Counted from the stretch's first letter, positions 41,443 through 55,357 are shown. The stretch: DNA of 64,000 nucleotides from Octopus vulgaris (GCA_951406725.2 OX597820.1:5022001-5086000), one strand, 5' to 3'. Notes: generated by a model not told the origin, from the letters alone. Numbers and translations are program-made.

Positions 41443-41752
41443 GTTGCGCATGGCTCAGTGGTTAGAGCGTCGAGCTTACGATCGTGAGGTTGTGAGCTCG
41501 AATCCCGGACCGGACTGCGTGTTGTGTTCATGAGCAAGACACTTTATTTCACGTTGCTCCAGTTCACTCAGCTGTAGAAATGAGTTGCGACGTCACTGGT
41601 GCCTTGGATAACACTGGTGCCGTGGAGAGGGGACGCTGGTATGCATGGGCGACTGCTGGTCTTCCATAAACAACCTCGCCCGGACTTGTGTCTAGGAGGG
41701 TAACTTTCTAGGTGCAATCCCATGGTCTGTGTCGTGACCGAAGGAGGTCTCC
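41443..41752 (+). mobile_element. SINE family D, full length (tRNA head plus CORE-like block)
   Basis: TGGCTCAGTGGTTAGAGCG...GAGCTCGAATCCCGG then GTTGTGTTCATGAGCAAGACACTTTATTTCAC; its tail also appears near 3925-3985. Confidence 0.85.
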
Positions 41753-41760
41753 GAATCTCC

Positions 41761-41816
<56 letters not shown>

Positions 41817-41819
41817 TGT

Positions 41820-42007
41820 ATATACCTGAGTAAACACATAAATGTGAAACAAGGTGGAAAAAAGAGTACTCAAATACCAGTGGTAGAGTAATATGCTTTA
41901 TTTAAAGCAGCAGAAAATTCAACAAAACCTGTTACTCTGAGTTTCACGTTGCAACGGGAAACTCAGAGTAACAAGTTTTGTTGAATTTTCTGCTGCTTTA
42001 AATAAAG
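41820..42007. mobile_element. Fold-back pLTR-like fragment in (TA)n (50-bp arms) retaining GAAACTCAGAGTA half-core
   Basis: Arms 41896-41945 and 41957-42007; helix III sequence as in the Penelope pLTR at 46969. Confidence 0.7.
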
Positions 42008-42115
42008 TATATATATATATATATATATACTTTTGCTCTTTTACTTGTTTCAGTCATTTGACTGCGGCCATGCTGGAGCACCGCCTTTATATATATATAC
42101 ACACATACATATATA

Positions 42116-43618
42116 CACCACGAACCACTCTAATAGCTTAGGAGTGAAATTTAGGATATCTCGGTTTTTGTGAATTGATTTTCATAAAAAATTTTCCCAG
42201 CTGGTTTGCACACTCTGGCAGCACGATTGTTATGTTTTTATTATTCTGTGTAACGTCCTTTCTTTTTTTTATTTCAGATTCTTCAGTTTTGGGGTGAACC
42301 ACATTAATAGCGTCTCTCCTCACTAAGAACAATGGAACGTGGAAACGTGTGTCATCATCAAAGAAAGAGCTAAACGTACCCCTCTTCATACCATTGCGGA
42401 GAAGTTAGGTCGTCATGTGGATGCAATTAGATGATTCACGAAGGACCCTTCGCCAAGGATGAAACGATCCGATTGTAGGAACTCCAAGACTGTGACAACT
42501 AGGGATTTCAGGAATATTGGCCGCAAGTTAAGTGAGAAACCTGGACAAACAAGCGAAGTCATTTTTTCATCCTCCGGACTTCCTCATGTTCCGAAAACCA
42601 CATTCTGCGAGAACCCCTGAAGCTGCCTCTTTTAATGCCCCGTCTCAGGAGTTTAAGGCTTTAATGGGCCCAAAGGTACATGACGTTAGACATGAGTTGT
42701 GTTCTCTTCACTGACGAAACCAGGGTGACGGACCTGATGGTTGGGCAAAAATGGTTGGGCCTATTTTGGAGATGAGCGTCACCAACGTTTAAGTCGACAA
42801 CAGGGTGGAGGGGTTATGTTGTGGACGAGTATCACTAGGGACAGACTTCGTTGACTCCGTCAGAGTACCTGAAGGGGTTAAAGTGACCGCAGCTGCCTAC
42901 TGCAATCTCGTGAAGGAGGTCTTGGATCCCTGACTTGATGACATACTGCTGTCACTTTTAAGGTATCTCGTATTCATGCATGACATCGCTCCCTCCCACT
43001 CTGCCAGGACCACCCAAACTTTCCTAGGGTCTTACGGCATACAAGGTGAAAGATTGATGGTGTGGCTGCTAGCATCTCCGGATCTTAACCCTATCAAAAA
43101 TCTTTGGTCCATCATTAAACAAGATGTTTATGCCGATGGACACCAATTTACGTCGAAAGATGTCTTATGGGCGACCATCAAACCTGCTGCAGAGGCAGTC
43201 CAACCTGCTGCTATTAAAGAATTGATCGATTCCATGACTAATAGGGTTTTTGAAGTTATCCATCGAAATGGCTCTCATGTGGCTATAATAATTCATTATG
43301 TCAATAAATGTTATAATATTATTATGGTTTTCTGTTAAATATATACTCAATATCTGCATAATATGTATCGTTACCGTTCATTTTCTGAAAAGAAATGTCT
43401 AGATGGGTTATTTTCGTTCAAAAGCTATTTGCGTGGTTCACCCAAAAACTGAAGAATCTGAAATGAAAAAGAAAGGACGTTACACGGAATAATGAAAAAA
43501 TAACAATGGTGTTGCCATAGTGTGCAAACCAGCGTGGAAAAGTTTTATCAAAATCGAACGCCCGGAAAACGGAAAAATCCCAAATTTCACTCCTAAACTG
43601 TTAGCGTAGTTCTGGGTG
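42116..43618 (+). mobile_element. Full-length decayed Tc1-like DNA transposon, DD37E spacing (TRT-like)
   Basis: ~190-bp TIRs (42116-42302 and 43432-43618), TA flanks; LFTDET..DGPDGW..QQGGGVM..FMHDIAPSH..SPDLNPIKNLW with 37 residues between D and the E position (E>K). Confidence 0.88.
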
Positions 43619-43703
43619 TATATAGAGGAAAAAGTAAAACCAAAGCAGAACGAATATCTCAAGTCATTTAGAATAATTTAATTAGGATAAAGTGAATTTG
43701 AAG

Positions 43704-43780
43704 TCTTTACAGCCGTTTCTGGTAAAACCCAAGTGGTAGGTTAGCATGGTCACGCACTGGGTATTCCGGCATCAGACACA
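43704..43780 (-). ncRNA. Degenerate hammerhead motif
   Basis: CTGATGC-[accca...tgggt helix II]-GAAA-CGGCTG-TA; weak helix I. Confidence 0.4.
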
Positions 43781-44086
43781 AGGTATGAATATTTTAGACG
43801 GGGAAAATTTACAGTTGAGAAGGAATGAAAAATATTCTCAGTTGAAAATAGAAGAATAAAGAGTAAAGATAGAATAGAGGTGGGAGAATAATATTCACAA
43901 CTCATCTCTTTTGCAGAGAATATGGATGCTGGTCGGTACTTCCATGAAGGTACAGGTGTTTAATTAAAATCTCAGGTAAATCCAGGCGGCATTTTGAATG
44001 ATGATAGAAGCGATAGATAATATGTAAATATGTATATAGAACGAGGAAGTAAGATAGACATAAATGGGTTTTGTGAGTGGCTGAGT

Positions 44087-44158
<72 letters not shown>

Positions 44159-44233
44159 TAGAAAAAATGGATAGAAATAAATTTTCTGATTATTTTCCCA
44201 CTTTAGTAATTAGCTGCTAAAATGATAAACATC

Positions 44234-44663
44234 TCTTTTACTCTTTTACTCTTTTACTCTTTTACTTGTTTCAGTCATTTGACTGCGGCCATGCTGGAGC
44301 ACCGCCTTTAGTTGAGCGAATCGACCCCGGGACTTATTCTTTGTAAGCCCAGTACTTATTCTATCGGTCTCTTTTGCCGAACCGCTATGTGACGAGGACG
44401 TAAACACTCCAGAATTGGTTGTCAAGCAATGCTAGGGGGACAAACACAGACAAACACACACACACACACACACATACATATATATATATTTACATATATA
44501 CGACAGGCTTCTTTCAGTTTCCGTCTACCAAATCCACTCACAAGGCATTGGTCGGCCCGGGGCTATAGCAGAAGACACTTGCCCAAGATGCCACGCAGTG
44601 GGACTGAACCCGGAACCATGTGGTTGGTTAGCAAGCTACTTACCACATAGCCACTCCTGCGCC
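44234..44663 (-). mobile_element. SINE family A, full-length reference copy
   Basis: GGCGCAGGAGTGG head through to (GTAAAAGA)n tail. Confidence 0.92.
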
Positions 44664-44707
44664 TAATCATTAAAGTGGAAAAATTATTAGAAAAGATATT
44701 TCTATAC

Positions 44708-44775
<68 letters not shown>

Positions 44776-44780
<5 letters not shown>

Positions 44781-45253
44781 AATATAATATGTGACAATTA
44801 TTCGGTAGCCATGATAAAACTCCGAGTTTCGGATGTCGGGGCGGCATCCCTTCCGTTATCGGGCCATCGAAAATATGCTATGAAAATGACCGTTAAAACA
44901 AACGAAAATTACTGTGTGATTGACCGTTATTAAGACAAAAGAGCTATTAGAATGATCGCAAAGTGAGGGGAGGGAGTAAAAGTCTGGGAGTAAAAATGTT
45001 CATAGTAATCGCGTAAGCGCACATGTCCATACGTACACATGCGCGCCCAATTACCAACGTACATGCGCCTATATGTATCTACTCATCCACCCTCACTTGA
45101 AACACACATGCTCACCCTTACATTCGCCAAAAAATATATAAATACCCGCATATCATGGTTACCGAATAATTGTCACATATATTTACAGAGAAATTCCACT
45201 ATTTACATAATATCGAGGTTTCTTTCATTCTTTTGTCGTCTTGCCATTTCTAT

Positions 45254-45258
<5 letters not shown>
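44776..45258. mobile_element. ORF-less relative of the adjacent Penelope element (inverted pLTR fragments, decayed hammerhead at 44813-44860)
   Basis: 44790-44816 inverted with 45151-45178; 45185-45258 homologous to 47020-47087. Confidence 0.7.
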
Positions 45259-45302
<44 letters not shown>

Positions 45303-45309
45303 TATATAT

Positions 45310-45362
<53 letters not shown>

Positions 45363-45387
45363 TATAATATATGTATGTATGTTTGTG

Positions 45388-45430
<43 letters not shown>

Positions 45431-45444
45431 ACATGTACATACAT

Positions 45445-45501
<57 letters not shown>

Positions 45502-45530
45502 ATACAATATGTTACATTACTCGGTAGTCA

Positions 45531-45593
45531 AGATAAAACTCTGAGTTTCAGATGCCGAAGTGGAAATCCACAGCACCATCTCTTCGGTTATCT
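45531..45593 (-). ncRNA. Hammerhead motif in the downstream pLTR (sense to the PLE ORF)
   Basis: Mirror copy of 46925-46987. Confidence 0.7.
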
Positions 45594-45797
45594 GGCTATT
45601 TGAAAACGTTATGAAAAAATACCGTTAAATAAAGGGAAATTACTCTGTTATAACTCTGCTTGCCTGCGTACTTATACATCGCTCGCATTTTTCGTCATAA
45701 AAACTATATGAAAATACATAAAAAATATATAAAAAATATATAAAAAATATATAAAAATATATAAATTCTTCTTGGGACATAACATAGAAAGCATGTT

Positions 45798-46806
45798 CTA
45801 TCTGTTTTCTTTAGGGGACCAAAAACGTAACAGAAATTTAGTCACATGAGGGCATGATCCGAAAAGCTCTGTCCTTGTATTTAGACATGTAGTAGGGTCT
45901 AAGCTGCTTTTCCAGATAAGCCATCTCTCCATGTCGCATAGACCGCACCTTCCGCTGCCGTTAGTATAGGGCTTACATCTGGCCAAAATCTTCCATTGTA
46001 TGTTATAATCGACACCTTTATCTCTTAAAGACCAAATAAGATTAGACAATTGTGTCGCTTTTCTTTTGTTCCAGTGCCTAAAGCTCAAAGTGTGGTTATT
46101 GAACCTGGCCTTGAAATTACCCTCTGTAAGGCCCACGTATTTCTTCGTCGAAACGGTGTCTTTAGTGGTTATAGAGTTTACGGTAGCTTCATATATGATG
46201 GTCTTGGACATGCAAGCTCCATTTAGCGGGCACAATTCTTTATTCCTGCATGAAGAGCTGTTTTCTTCTTGTGTTTTTTGTATGTTATGTTTGATTATGT
46301 TTTTAAAATTGGTAGTTGAACTAAAACTAATTTTTAAATTGTGTCTATTGAAGAGTTTCCTATAAGTATGGTTAACTGGAAAATGTCTATCTATCAGTGC
46401 TAGGAAATATTTACCTATATTGAAGGCCACCTCGGGTGAGTAAGGGGCGTAAACCAGATGACCTTCCTATTTCTATTATTCCTTTTCCTTACTGTTGGGC
46501 TAGTGATAGGTGTATATTTTATTTCATCGCTAAAACGACTATCTTTTAAAGCCTTATTATAAACTAGGGCAACGCTATTGAAGATGTCCTCATCAGATGA
46601 GAGGCTAGAAATCCTCTTACTAATATTTTTAACTAAATTTTTGAATACTATAGGGGGATGGCATGAACCTACATTAATATAACTTAGTCTATCATTGGGC
46701 TTCCTATAAGGCTTATAAATATTCTTATTAAGATCTAAGGAAACGTCTAAGAAATTGACAACCGTCGGGTTAGTATCTATAGTTATACTAAGTCCGAAGT
46801 GTTTCA
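45798..46806 (-). pseudogene. PLE RT thumb/linker plus C-terminal GIY-YIG endonuclease, one frameshift near 46440
   Basis: VVNFLDVSLDL..YKPYRKPND..YINVGSCHPP; CRNKELCPLNGAC..IIYEATV..YVGLTEGNFKARFNNH..CGLCDME..LNTRTEL..CPH. Confidence 0.9.
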
Positions 46807-46924
46807 TCATATAATTTTTATGACGAAAAATGCGAGCGATGTATAAGTACGCAGGCAAGCAGAGTTATAACAGAGTAATTTCCCTTTATTTAACGGTATT
46901 TTTTCATAACGTTTTCAAATAGCC

Positions 46925-46987
46925 AGATAACCGAAGAGATGGTGTTGTGGATTTCCACTTCGGCATCTGAAACTCAGAGTTTTATCT
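46925..46987 (+). ncRNA. Hammerhead motif in the inverted pLTR (U4>C variant)
   Basis: agataa-CCGAAGA-gatg...catc-t-GAAA-CTCAGAG-TT|ttatct; 6-bp helix I. Confidence 0.72.
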
Positions 46988-47083
46988 TGACTACCGAGTA
47001 ATGTAACATATTGTATAGATAAATTTCCTCTATTTACATAATATTGAGGTCTCTTTCTTTCTTTTGTTATCTTACTGTTTTAT

Positions 47084-47135
<52 letters not shown>

Positions 47136-47234
47136 TGCATGAATGCATTTATATAAGTACATGTACATATATGTATGTATATTACGGGGATGCAAACGCA
47201 TCTGTCTGTCTCTGAATATATATATATATACATA

Positions 47235-47330
<96 letters not shown>

Positions 47331-47539
47331 TGCTGATTTCGCACGTGTCGTTCACAAAGGGTTGTAAACGAAGGAACAAAAGGTTAAGCGCTTTGCTTCT
47401 AACTTTCATTTCGCATTTCCATGAATATTCAGTGAGGGTGTGGGACATTCAAAAGACAACCAGGCTATGGGTTTACCAGCTGAGGGTCGGAAACAAAACA
47501 CTAACTCTAAACACTTCATATAGGATACTTTCAATTATA

Positions 47540-47554
47540 ATGTATGCGTGTGTG

Positions 47555-47588
<34 letters not shown>

Positions 47589-48020
47589 TGTATGTATGTA
47601 TGTATGTATGTATGTATGTATGTATGTATGTAGGTATGTATTTATGTATGTATGTATGTATATATGTATGTGTGTGTATGTATGTATATATGTATGTATG
47701 TATGAATGTATGTATGTATGTATGTACGTATGCAATGTATGTATGTATGTAAGTATGCAATGTATGTATGTATGTATGTATGTATGTATGAATGTATGTA
47801 TGCATGTATGTATGTGTGTATGTATGTATGTATGTATGTATGTATATATGTATGTATGTATGTATATATGTATGTGTGTGTGTGTGTATGTATGTATATA
47901 TATATGTATGTATGAATGTATGTATGTATGTATGTTTGTATGTATGTATGTATATATGTATGTATGTATGAATGTATGTATGTATGAATGTATGTATGTA
48001 TGTATGTATGTTTGTATGTA
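47540..48020. repeat. (TATG)n microsatellite
   Basis: Read directly. Confidence 0.95.
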
Positions 48021-48524
48021 TCTCTGAATAAACGCTTGTCTATGATATATATATATATATATGCACATATCTGTATGTATCTGTGAATGCACATGTGCGT
48101 GCATATATGTATGCGTGTGTGTGTGTGTGCGTGTGTGTGTGTGTGTTGTTAGTCTGACACCCGCTACGACTTCGCACCAGCGTTGTACGTCGGAGAAGGC
48201 AATTATTGAAATGTAGATATTTACCGTCATGCCTCATTGCAGATACGGTAACACGTGATATGACGGAATTCTACGTAATTTAACGAGATTCAACCTCCTC
48301 TGCTGCTTCTATGACTGGAGTGTTTGGTCGCTTCGGTGTTAACCTTACCAGCAGGACCTCCGCATGATGGAGGCCCTCCTCGTCTAATTACATACGAAGC
48401 ATGCGCACACGTGGATATATATGTGTATCTGTGTGTGAGTGTGGATAGACACACACATACAAAGGCGTACGTAGTTACATCATATACGACTGCACAACAG
48501 AACTGTATGCGGATATATAACTCT

Positions 48525-48592
<68 letters not shown>

Positions 48593-48617
48593 ATCTATCT
48601 GTCTGTCTGTCTGTCTG

Positions 48618-48648
<31 letters not shown>

Positions 48649-48653
48649 ATCTA

Positions 48654-48690
<37 letters not shown>

Positions 48691-48695
48691 ATCTA

Positions 48696-48726
<31 letters not shown>

Positions 48727-49717
48727 ATCTAAATATACGCCTGTCTGTCTGTCTGTCTCTGTTTATACACACGCACACACACTCTTATGCAACACACACA
48801 CACAAGCTTACTCAAACATTTACATGCACGCATATAAAAATGCGCGCAAACACACACGTATAATCTACTACCGCTACCAGTGATAATGATGATAATAATA
48901 ATAATAATAATATTAATAATAACAATAACAACACCGTACCAAATGTAAACACTCTGCGTGATGTCGGCCATCAAATGTTATTTTTACGAAATCTTTAATC
49001 ATGTTGTTGGAATTGTCTTATGTGATAAAGTTGTTTTTTGTTTCAAGCAACCACTCCCCAAAGTTTTCGCTATCAGGTGAGCCTCCCCATTTGTTAGTGT
49101 CGTTAGAACTGGCGACTTAATTTCACACATGGTTAGTTTGTTTTTCTTATTGTCCTGAGTCAAGATTGTCTTTTAAAAACAGTTTATAAATCCTATCGAC
49201 CGCCCTCTGTCGACTTGTGTTGTTCTATCTTTGAACGATTTTCAATAGATAATTGCCCCGCGGACATGTTTTTGTTTCAGTTTAGCTTAATATTTTGTAA
49301 ATCTTTGAAATGTTCAGTGTGGGTTGATATTGTTTGGTCTGTTAGAAAATAAACCTGAAGTAAATGACTGAAAGATATAGTTTCGTTGCGACCTACTCCA
49401 AAACAGCGTCTATGGTGGGAAAACATTTAGACAATAACAGACTGTCTTGAGTATTTGCATGTATGTGTGTGTGTGTGTCCATGAGTTAATGAGGGTCCCT
49501 CTAGGTGTCCACACGACATGTAAATATTACTGCCAAAGCACACGTTAATCGCTTTAAAAGGAAACAGAACACATTGGATAATGAAGTCCCAGGTAGACTG
49601 TGCCTGAATAAAAGTCTAAGCTTTCACGTCTTGGATCCCATACGAAATGGATCAGAGTTCGTTTTGCGCTAAACAGCAACAACAACTCGACAACACTAGA
49701 ACGCGTGTTATTGCACA

Positions 49718-49759
<42 letters not shown>

Positions 49760-50079
49760 TATTTATATGTACATGTATGTATGTATGATGGTGTGTGCGT
49801 GTGTGAGTGCATATATATGTACGTGTATATGTATGTGTATATGTGTTACTGTTTAATAGCAGCATTACCACCACCACCACCACCACCACCACCACCACCA
49901 CCACCACCACCACCACCACCACCTCGCATTCATACAAGGCTTTTGATGTGAGGGACATCAGAATTTTCCTCTGGTTCCTTGTAGGGCCCTGCCAAAACCT
50001 CAAGGTCACTTCGTTTCCCCCTCTGATGAAAATATTTGAATACCTGTGCTTCTACGATTATCAAGATTCAGAACTGGCT

Positions 50080-50647
50080 TCAGGTGTGGCTGTGGGGTAA
50101 GAAGTTTGCTTCCCAACCACAAGGTTCTGGGTTCAGTCCCACTATGTGGCACCTTAAGCAAGTGTTTTCTATTATAGCCGCGAGCCGACCAAAACTTTGT
50201 GAGTGGATTTGGTAGATGGAAATTGAAAGAAGCTCATCATATGTGTGTGTGTGTGTTTGTCTTTGTGCCTGTGTTTGTTCCTACAACTACTTGACAACCA
50301 GTGTTGGCTTGTTTACGTCCCTCTAACTTAGCGGTCCGGCAATTAAAAAAAAGTACTGGGAGTAGGGGGTCGATTCATTCGACTAGAAATGGTCGCCGTG
50401 TAATGACTGAAACAAGCAAAAGATAAAAGACACGAAATACCTATTTCTTTACTACCCACAAGGGACAAACGGATTAAGTCGATTATATCGACCCCCCAGT
50501 GCGTAACTGGTACTTAATTTATCGACCCCGAAAGGATGAAAGGCAAAGTTGACCTCAGCGGAATTTGAACTCAGAACGTAACGGCAGACGAAATACGGCT
50601 ACGCATTTCGCCCGGCGTGCTAACGTTTCTGCCAGCTCCTCGCCGCC
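50080..50647. mobile_element. SINE A (+, 50080-50430) tail-to-tail with SINE B (-, 50437-50647)
   Basis: Similarity to reference copies. Confidence 0.85.
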
Positions 50648-51809
50648 TATACCTATACCTATAAAGCAGATACATATAAAGAAATGTCAGAGACAAACTC
50701 CCAAAAACTTCCACAAATAAAAAAAGTATCAGCAGTTTTTTGTTTTGTGCCACTTTCTCTTTTTTGGCCTGTCTTCTTCTTTCATAAACAGTATTTTGAA
50801 AATTTCTGCTTTCCACATTAACCTCGCCTCACTCAATGCTTTTCTACTGAATTGCCTCTCAGTTTCGCTTCCTACTTAGTAATATTCTAAATTCTTACAA
50901 AAACTCTTCGACTCAATCGAGTACATTAAAGTTATGTTAAGCACCTTAACTTCAAACTTCTGAATATGTATAGACATTCTATATTAATGTTATATTCACA
51001 GACTGAAGGATTCCTAGCAGAAAATTAAAGAATGTCACTTTGTAAATATATACAAGACATGCGTACGTACAAAAAATTATAGAAGCAAGCAGATGGAATG
51101 AACAGGCTTTGATCACAAATCACGACAATTGTTTTTGTGCTTTGGTAACAGCTGTTAATTGCTGATTTTTCCATATCATACTATAACATAAATAATTGCA
51201 CAAATGCGTACCGGCGCATCATCAGGTGAGTGGCTTTGACAGCACTGGTTGGTCACGTATAAGGGAGTGCTTCATGGCCGCAGTTAAAAAGTGACTGAAA
51301 CAAGTGTAAGAATAAAAGAATATATATACACGCGCGTACACACACACATAAATACACGGGGCACTCACACATTCCCCCCACACAAGTGCGCTCGCCAATA
51401 CACATACACACACGCATACATTATCCTCACACACGCACACACACACACATGCTTTCGCGTATACACTTTGACCCGGTCACTGTTGTCTCCCTTGCCACTC
51501 TTGTCTCCAACCACTTCCTTCCTTCCGGTCAATTCAACATCTACAACCGTTAATCCGGACACGTTGCTCTCCTCTCCGTTTCTTTTATCTTTCCTCTCTC
51601 CATTTCTTCTCTCTTCTTTCCGTCGACGCCGGAAGCACTTACTTATTTCGCTTAATGCTTAATCCAGCACTGGGATTAGCACTATATAGACATTTGTATT
51701 CTTACCGTAATTCCCTCGGACAGAATAATCCTAATATACAGGGGATCGCGAGCGAACTCGTTGCTGCCGCAAGCGTAGGCTCGTTGTTGTAATTAATATT
51801 GTTGATTAG

Positions 51810-52160
51810 TGGTATTTCGTCTGTCTTTACGTTTTGAGTTCAAATTCCGCCGAGGTCGACTTTGCCTTTCATCTTTTCGGAGTCAATAAATTAAGTACCA
51901 GTCACACACTGTGGTCAATAAAATCGACTTAATCCGTTTGTCTGTCCTTGTTTCTCCTCTCTGTGTTTAGCCCCTTGTGGGTAGTAAAGAAATAGAAATA
52001 GGTATTTCGTCTGTTTTTACGTTTTGTGTTCAAATTTCGCCGAGGTCGACTTTGCCTTTCATCCTCTCGGGGTCGATAAATTAAGTACCAGTTGCGTACT
52101 GGGGTCGATCAAATCAACTGCCCCACCCTCGAAAAAAAATTTCGGGCCTTGTGCTTAGAG
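51810..52160 (+). mobile_element. Two tandem 5'-truncated SINE B copies
   Basis: Both begin ggtatttcgtctg (about 51811 and 52001). Confidence 0.85.
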
Positions 52161-52731
52161 TAGAAAAGAATTAATATTGTTGATGTTGCTGTTATGTTTG
52201 GTGATGATGATGACGATGATGACGATGCTATCTCTAAGATAATCCCGTTTGATATATATTTCTGTGGCAAGGGTTGCTGTTGACGTTATGGGCTTTTTCT
52301 TTGACGTCATTGGCGTTGTTGACGCTGGGATTTTTGCTGACGCTTTGCCATTATTGTTGTTGTTGTTGCTGTTGTTATTATTATTATTGTTGTTGTTTTT
52401 GATAATGATGTCGTTCGTGCTGTTGCTGTTGCTATTGCGTCGTTGTTTCAAACGACGCATGAATTATTTAGTAGCTGGCAATGTAAACTTCGGCGTGAAA
52501 CCCGAGTCAGAAGATAAAAAAATTAACTTGCAATAAAGTACACATGTGTGTATATGTATATGTATGTATGTGCATGTGTATATATATATACACACACATA
52601 CACATATGTACATATATGTACATAAATATGCATATGTACATAAATATATACATATTTATGTATATATTTATGTGCATGATAGATCGTAGCCACTACACAC
52701 ATTTTTTCTCTCCTTGTGTTTTTCTGTGTCC

Positions 52732-52767
52732 CTTTCTGTAGAAGAGCGTAGGCTCGAAACGTAAAAG
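52732..52767 (+). ncRNA. Minimal hammerhead motif (A6>U) in mini element 52690-52860
   Basis: cttt-CTGTAGA-a-GAGC-gtag-GCTC-GAAA-CG-TA|aaag; palindrome ACGT; element ends in (TA)n. Confidence 0.6.
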
Positions 52768-52854
52768 ACTGTTTCTATTCCTGAGCGTTATACTAATACA
52801 CCTTTTTGTTTTGTACACCACCTGTCTTCGTCTTTTGTTTTTGTCGTAAACTCT

Positions 52855-52905
<51 letters not shown>

Positions 52906-53250
52906 TTCTGGATTCAAGTGAATCGGGTCCTTAAATAGTAAAGCACCGAGGGGTCAGGTCAGTGAAATCGCTATCGCGTACGAAACGATATTAGAGGAAC
53001 ATATAACGTACATACTGAAGTAGAGACGAATTTCTATTCCCGTTGCGTGTGAGGTCACAAGCGTCCGACTGAGTGGACCACGGGTGTCAAGGCTGCACCT
53101 GGCTCATACCAGGATTTGTTGAATGTTGTTGTTTTTGTAAACGGCTCTTTTTCGCGTGAAGTAATCACTCTATTCATCAATAGAAATAACATGCCTGAAA
53201 CAGCTGTAGTGAATGGACTACTATCCATCTGTTGGTATTTGTTTATCTGT

Positions 53251-53303
<53 letters not shown>

Positions 53304-53495
53304 GGTGTATTTCGTCTGCCGTTACGTTCTGAGTTCAAATTCCGCAGAGATCGATTTTGCCTTTCATCCTTTCGGGGTCGATATATTAAGTACCAGTTGT
53401 GCACTGGGGTCGATGTAATCGACTTAATCCGTTTGTCTGACCTTGTTTGTCGTCTTTGTGTTTAGCTCCTTGTGGGCAGTAAAGAAATTGGTATT
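53304..53495 (+). mobile_element. SINE family B, 5'-truncated
   Basis: Begins ggtgtatttcgtctgccgttacg. Confidence 0.85.
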
Positions 53496-53619
53496 CTATA
53501 GGTAGGTCACATGTTACTGTGCCTAAGAACAAGGAGGACTCACAGAAAAAGAGGAGATGGAAGACAAAGGGGAGATGAAAGAGGCATGCAAAACATCTAC
53601 TCGAAACCATTTAAAATCA

Positions 53620-53815
53620 TCGATGAAAATCGATCCGAGATCGATCCTAGTTCTATGCTTTAATCGCTATCTGAAAGAGAATAAAATACCTTCACTGTGA
53701 GAAGAGGCGAATAACATCTTGCTTCATTACAAGGTTGGCAAGGAAAATTTCAGAAACCATCGACCTATAGGCTTCTTGTTTCACCTCCATAAACTGTTTA
53801 CAAAGATCATACATA
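53620..53815 (+). mobile_element. RTE-type RT N-terminal fragment
   Basis: LLHYKVGKENFRNHRPIGFLFHLHKLFTKII resembles LLHKKGDKEDLxNYRPIxLLSHLYKLFTKII. Confidence 0.6.
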
Positions 53816-53841
53816 TAAATATATATACATATAAGCAAAGA

Positions 53842-53906
<65 letters not shown>

Positions 53907-54019
53907 ATGTGTGTGTGTGTGTGTGTGAGTGTGTGTGTGTGTGCGTGCACATATATATGTATGCATATATACTTATATCTCTATGCGTGTATATATACAC
54001 ACAGAGATACACACGTGTG

Positions 54020-54078
<59 letters not shown>

Positions 54079-54387
54079 CTGATGTTTATTGTTCAATTGT
54101 TCAATGCTGGGAAGGCGGTGTGAAAGGAGAGCTGTGGTGTGGCGGATATATATATATATATTATTATTGGCCCTCACTCATTCGTTTTGCGTTTAACTCT
54201 TACTCTTCCTTAACACCTTACATTCTTCTTCTTCTTCTTCTTCTTCTTCTTCTTCTTCTTCTTCTTCTTCTTCTTCTTCTCCTCCTCCTCCTCATTCTCT
54301 CTTCCTTCTTCCTCCTCCTCCTTCCGTCTAACGCCTACTGCTCCAGCTGTTGTTTGCGTTATGTCTGATCGTTATAGTCTTTCTGTT

Positions 54388-54443
<56 letters not shown>

Positions 54444-54641
54444 CTTCATTCACACACACACACACTTCCTACATCTGCTCCTTAAATTCTTCCAAAATCA
54501 CAACCTTTAAGCCCCACACTTGTTTCTATAGTTGCTCCCCTATCTCCCAGTCCCACACAAATCACCAATTTCTCAAAACCTAACATAAAGAAAAAGAGAA
54601 AAAGAAAACGTGAAAGAGACGTAGAAACAAAGATATACGCG

Positions 54642-54674
<33 letters not shown>

Positions 54675-54931
54675 GTACTGGGAGAATAAGAAACGGAACG
54701 AAGCGAACGAATCGAATCGACCCCGACGCCAAGGGCGCTGTCAAACAATAGTGTAATAAATAAAATATATGCATACATACAAACATATATGTACGTACCT
54801 ACATCTACATGTATATATATACATGCATATATAAATATATATACACGTGAGTACAGGACACCACAACTAGACATAGAACTCAACGAGAAACGAAAACGGA
54901 AAAACCATTTTTTTACAACAGAAAAAACAGA

Positions 54932-54990
<59 letters not shown>

Positions 54991-54991
54991 G

Positions 54992-55357
54992 GGGGGTGTT
55001 ACTGATGCATTTAGCCCCAGGCGATCATCAACGTCACCAGGAGGGCTGACGCCATCAAGGCGTCCTCTAGCCTGCAAAGGGAGATCATTCCCCGAAGAAG
55101 CGGATGCCACATACGGACCTAGGTTTCAAGGTGTTTGCCTATTATCAACGTATGGCAGGCACCGCCCCTCGACGAACGACTCTCTGTGCAGGCTATATAT
55201 AAAGATTTTCACAGTAAATACATTTACTGATGTAGAAAATCCGTTCGACAGCAATAATAATTCTCTAAACGAGATATAGACAGTAACTGCTCCATAACAT
55301 AAGGGACGTTAGCCATCTGAATGTGGCTAGGGACAGGGCAGGGCGGTGGGGGTGTTA

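Larger units (their letters stand above)
45498..47087 (-). mobile_element. Penelope-like element, 5'-truncated, with ~210-bp inverted pLTRs, in (TA)n
   Basis: pLTR arms 45498-45710 and 46807-47020 are nearly identical and enclose the RT C-terminus and GIY-YIG ORF. Confidence 0.92.

Noticed and set aside
45798-46430. Selenocysteine (in-frame UGA) recoding as reported for some Naiad PLEs
   Set aside because: No in-frame TGA in the endonuclease frame
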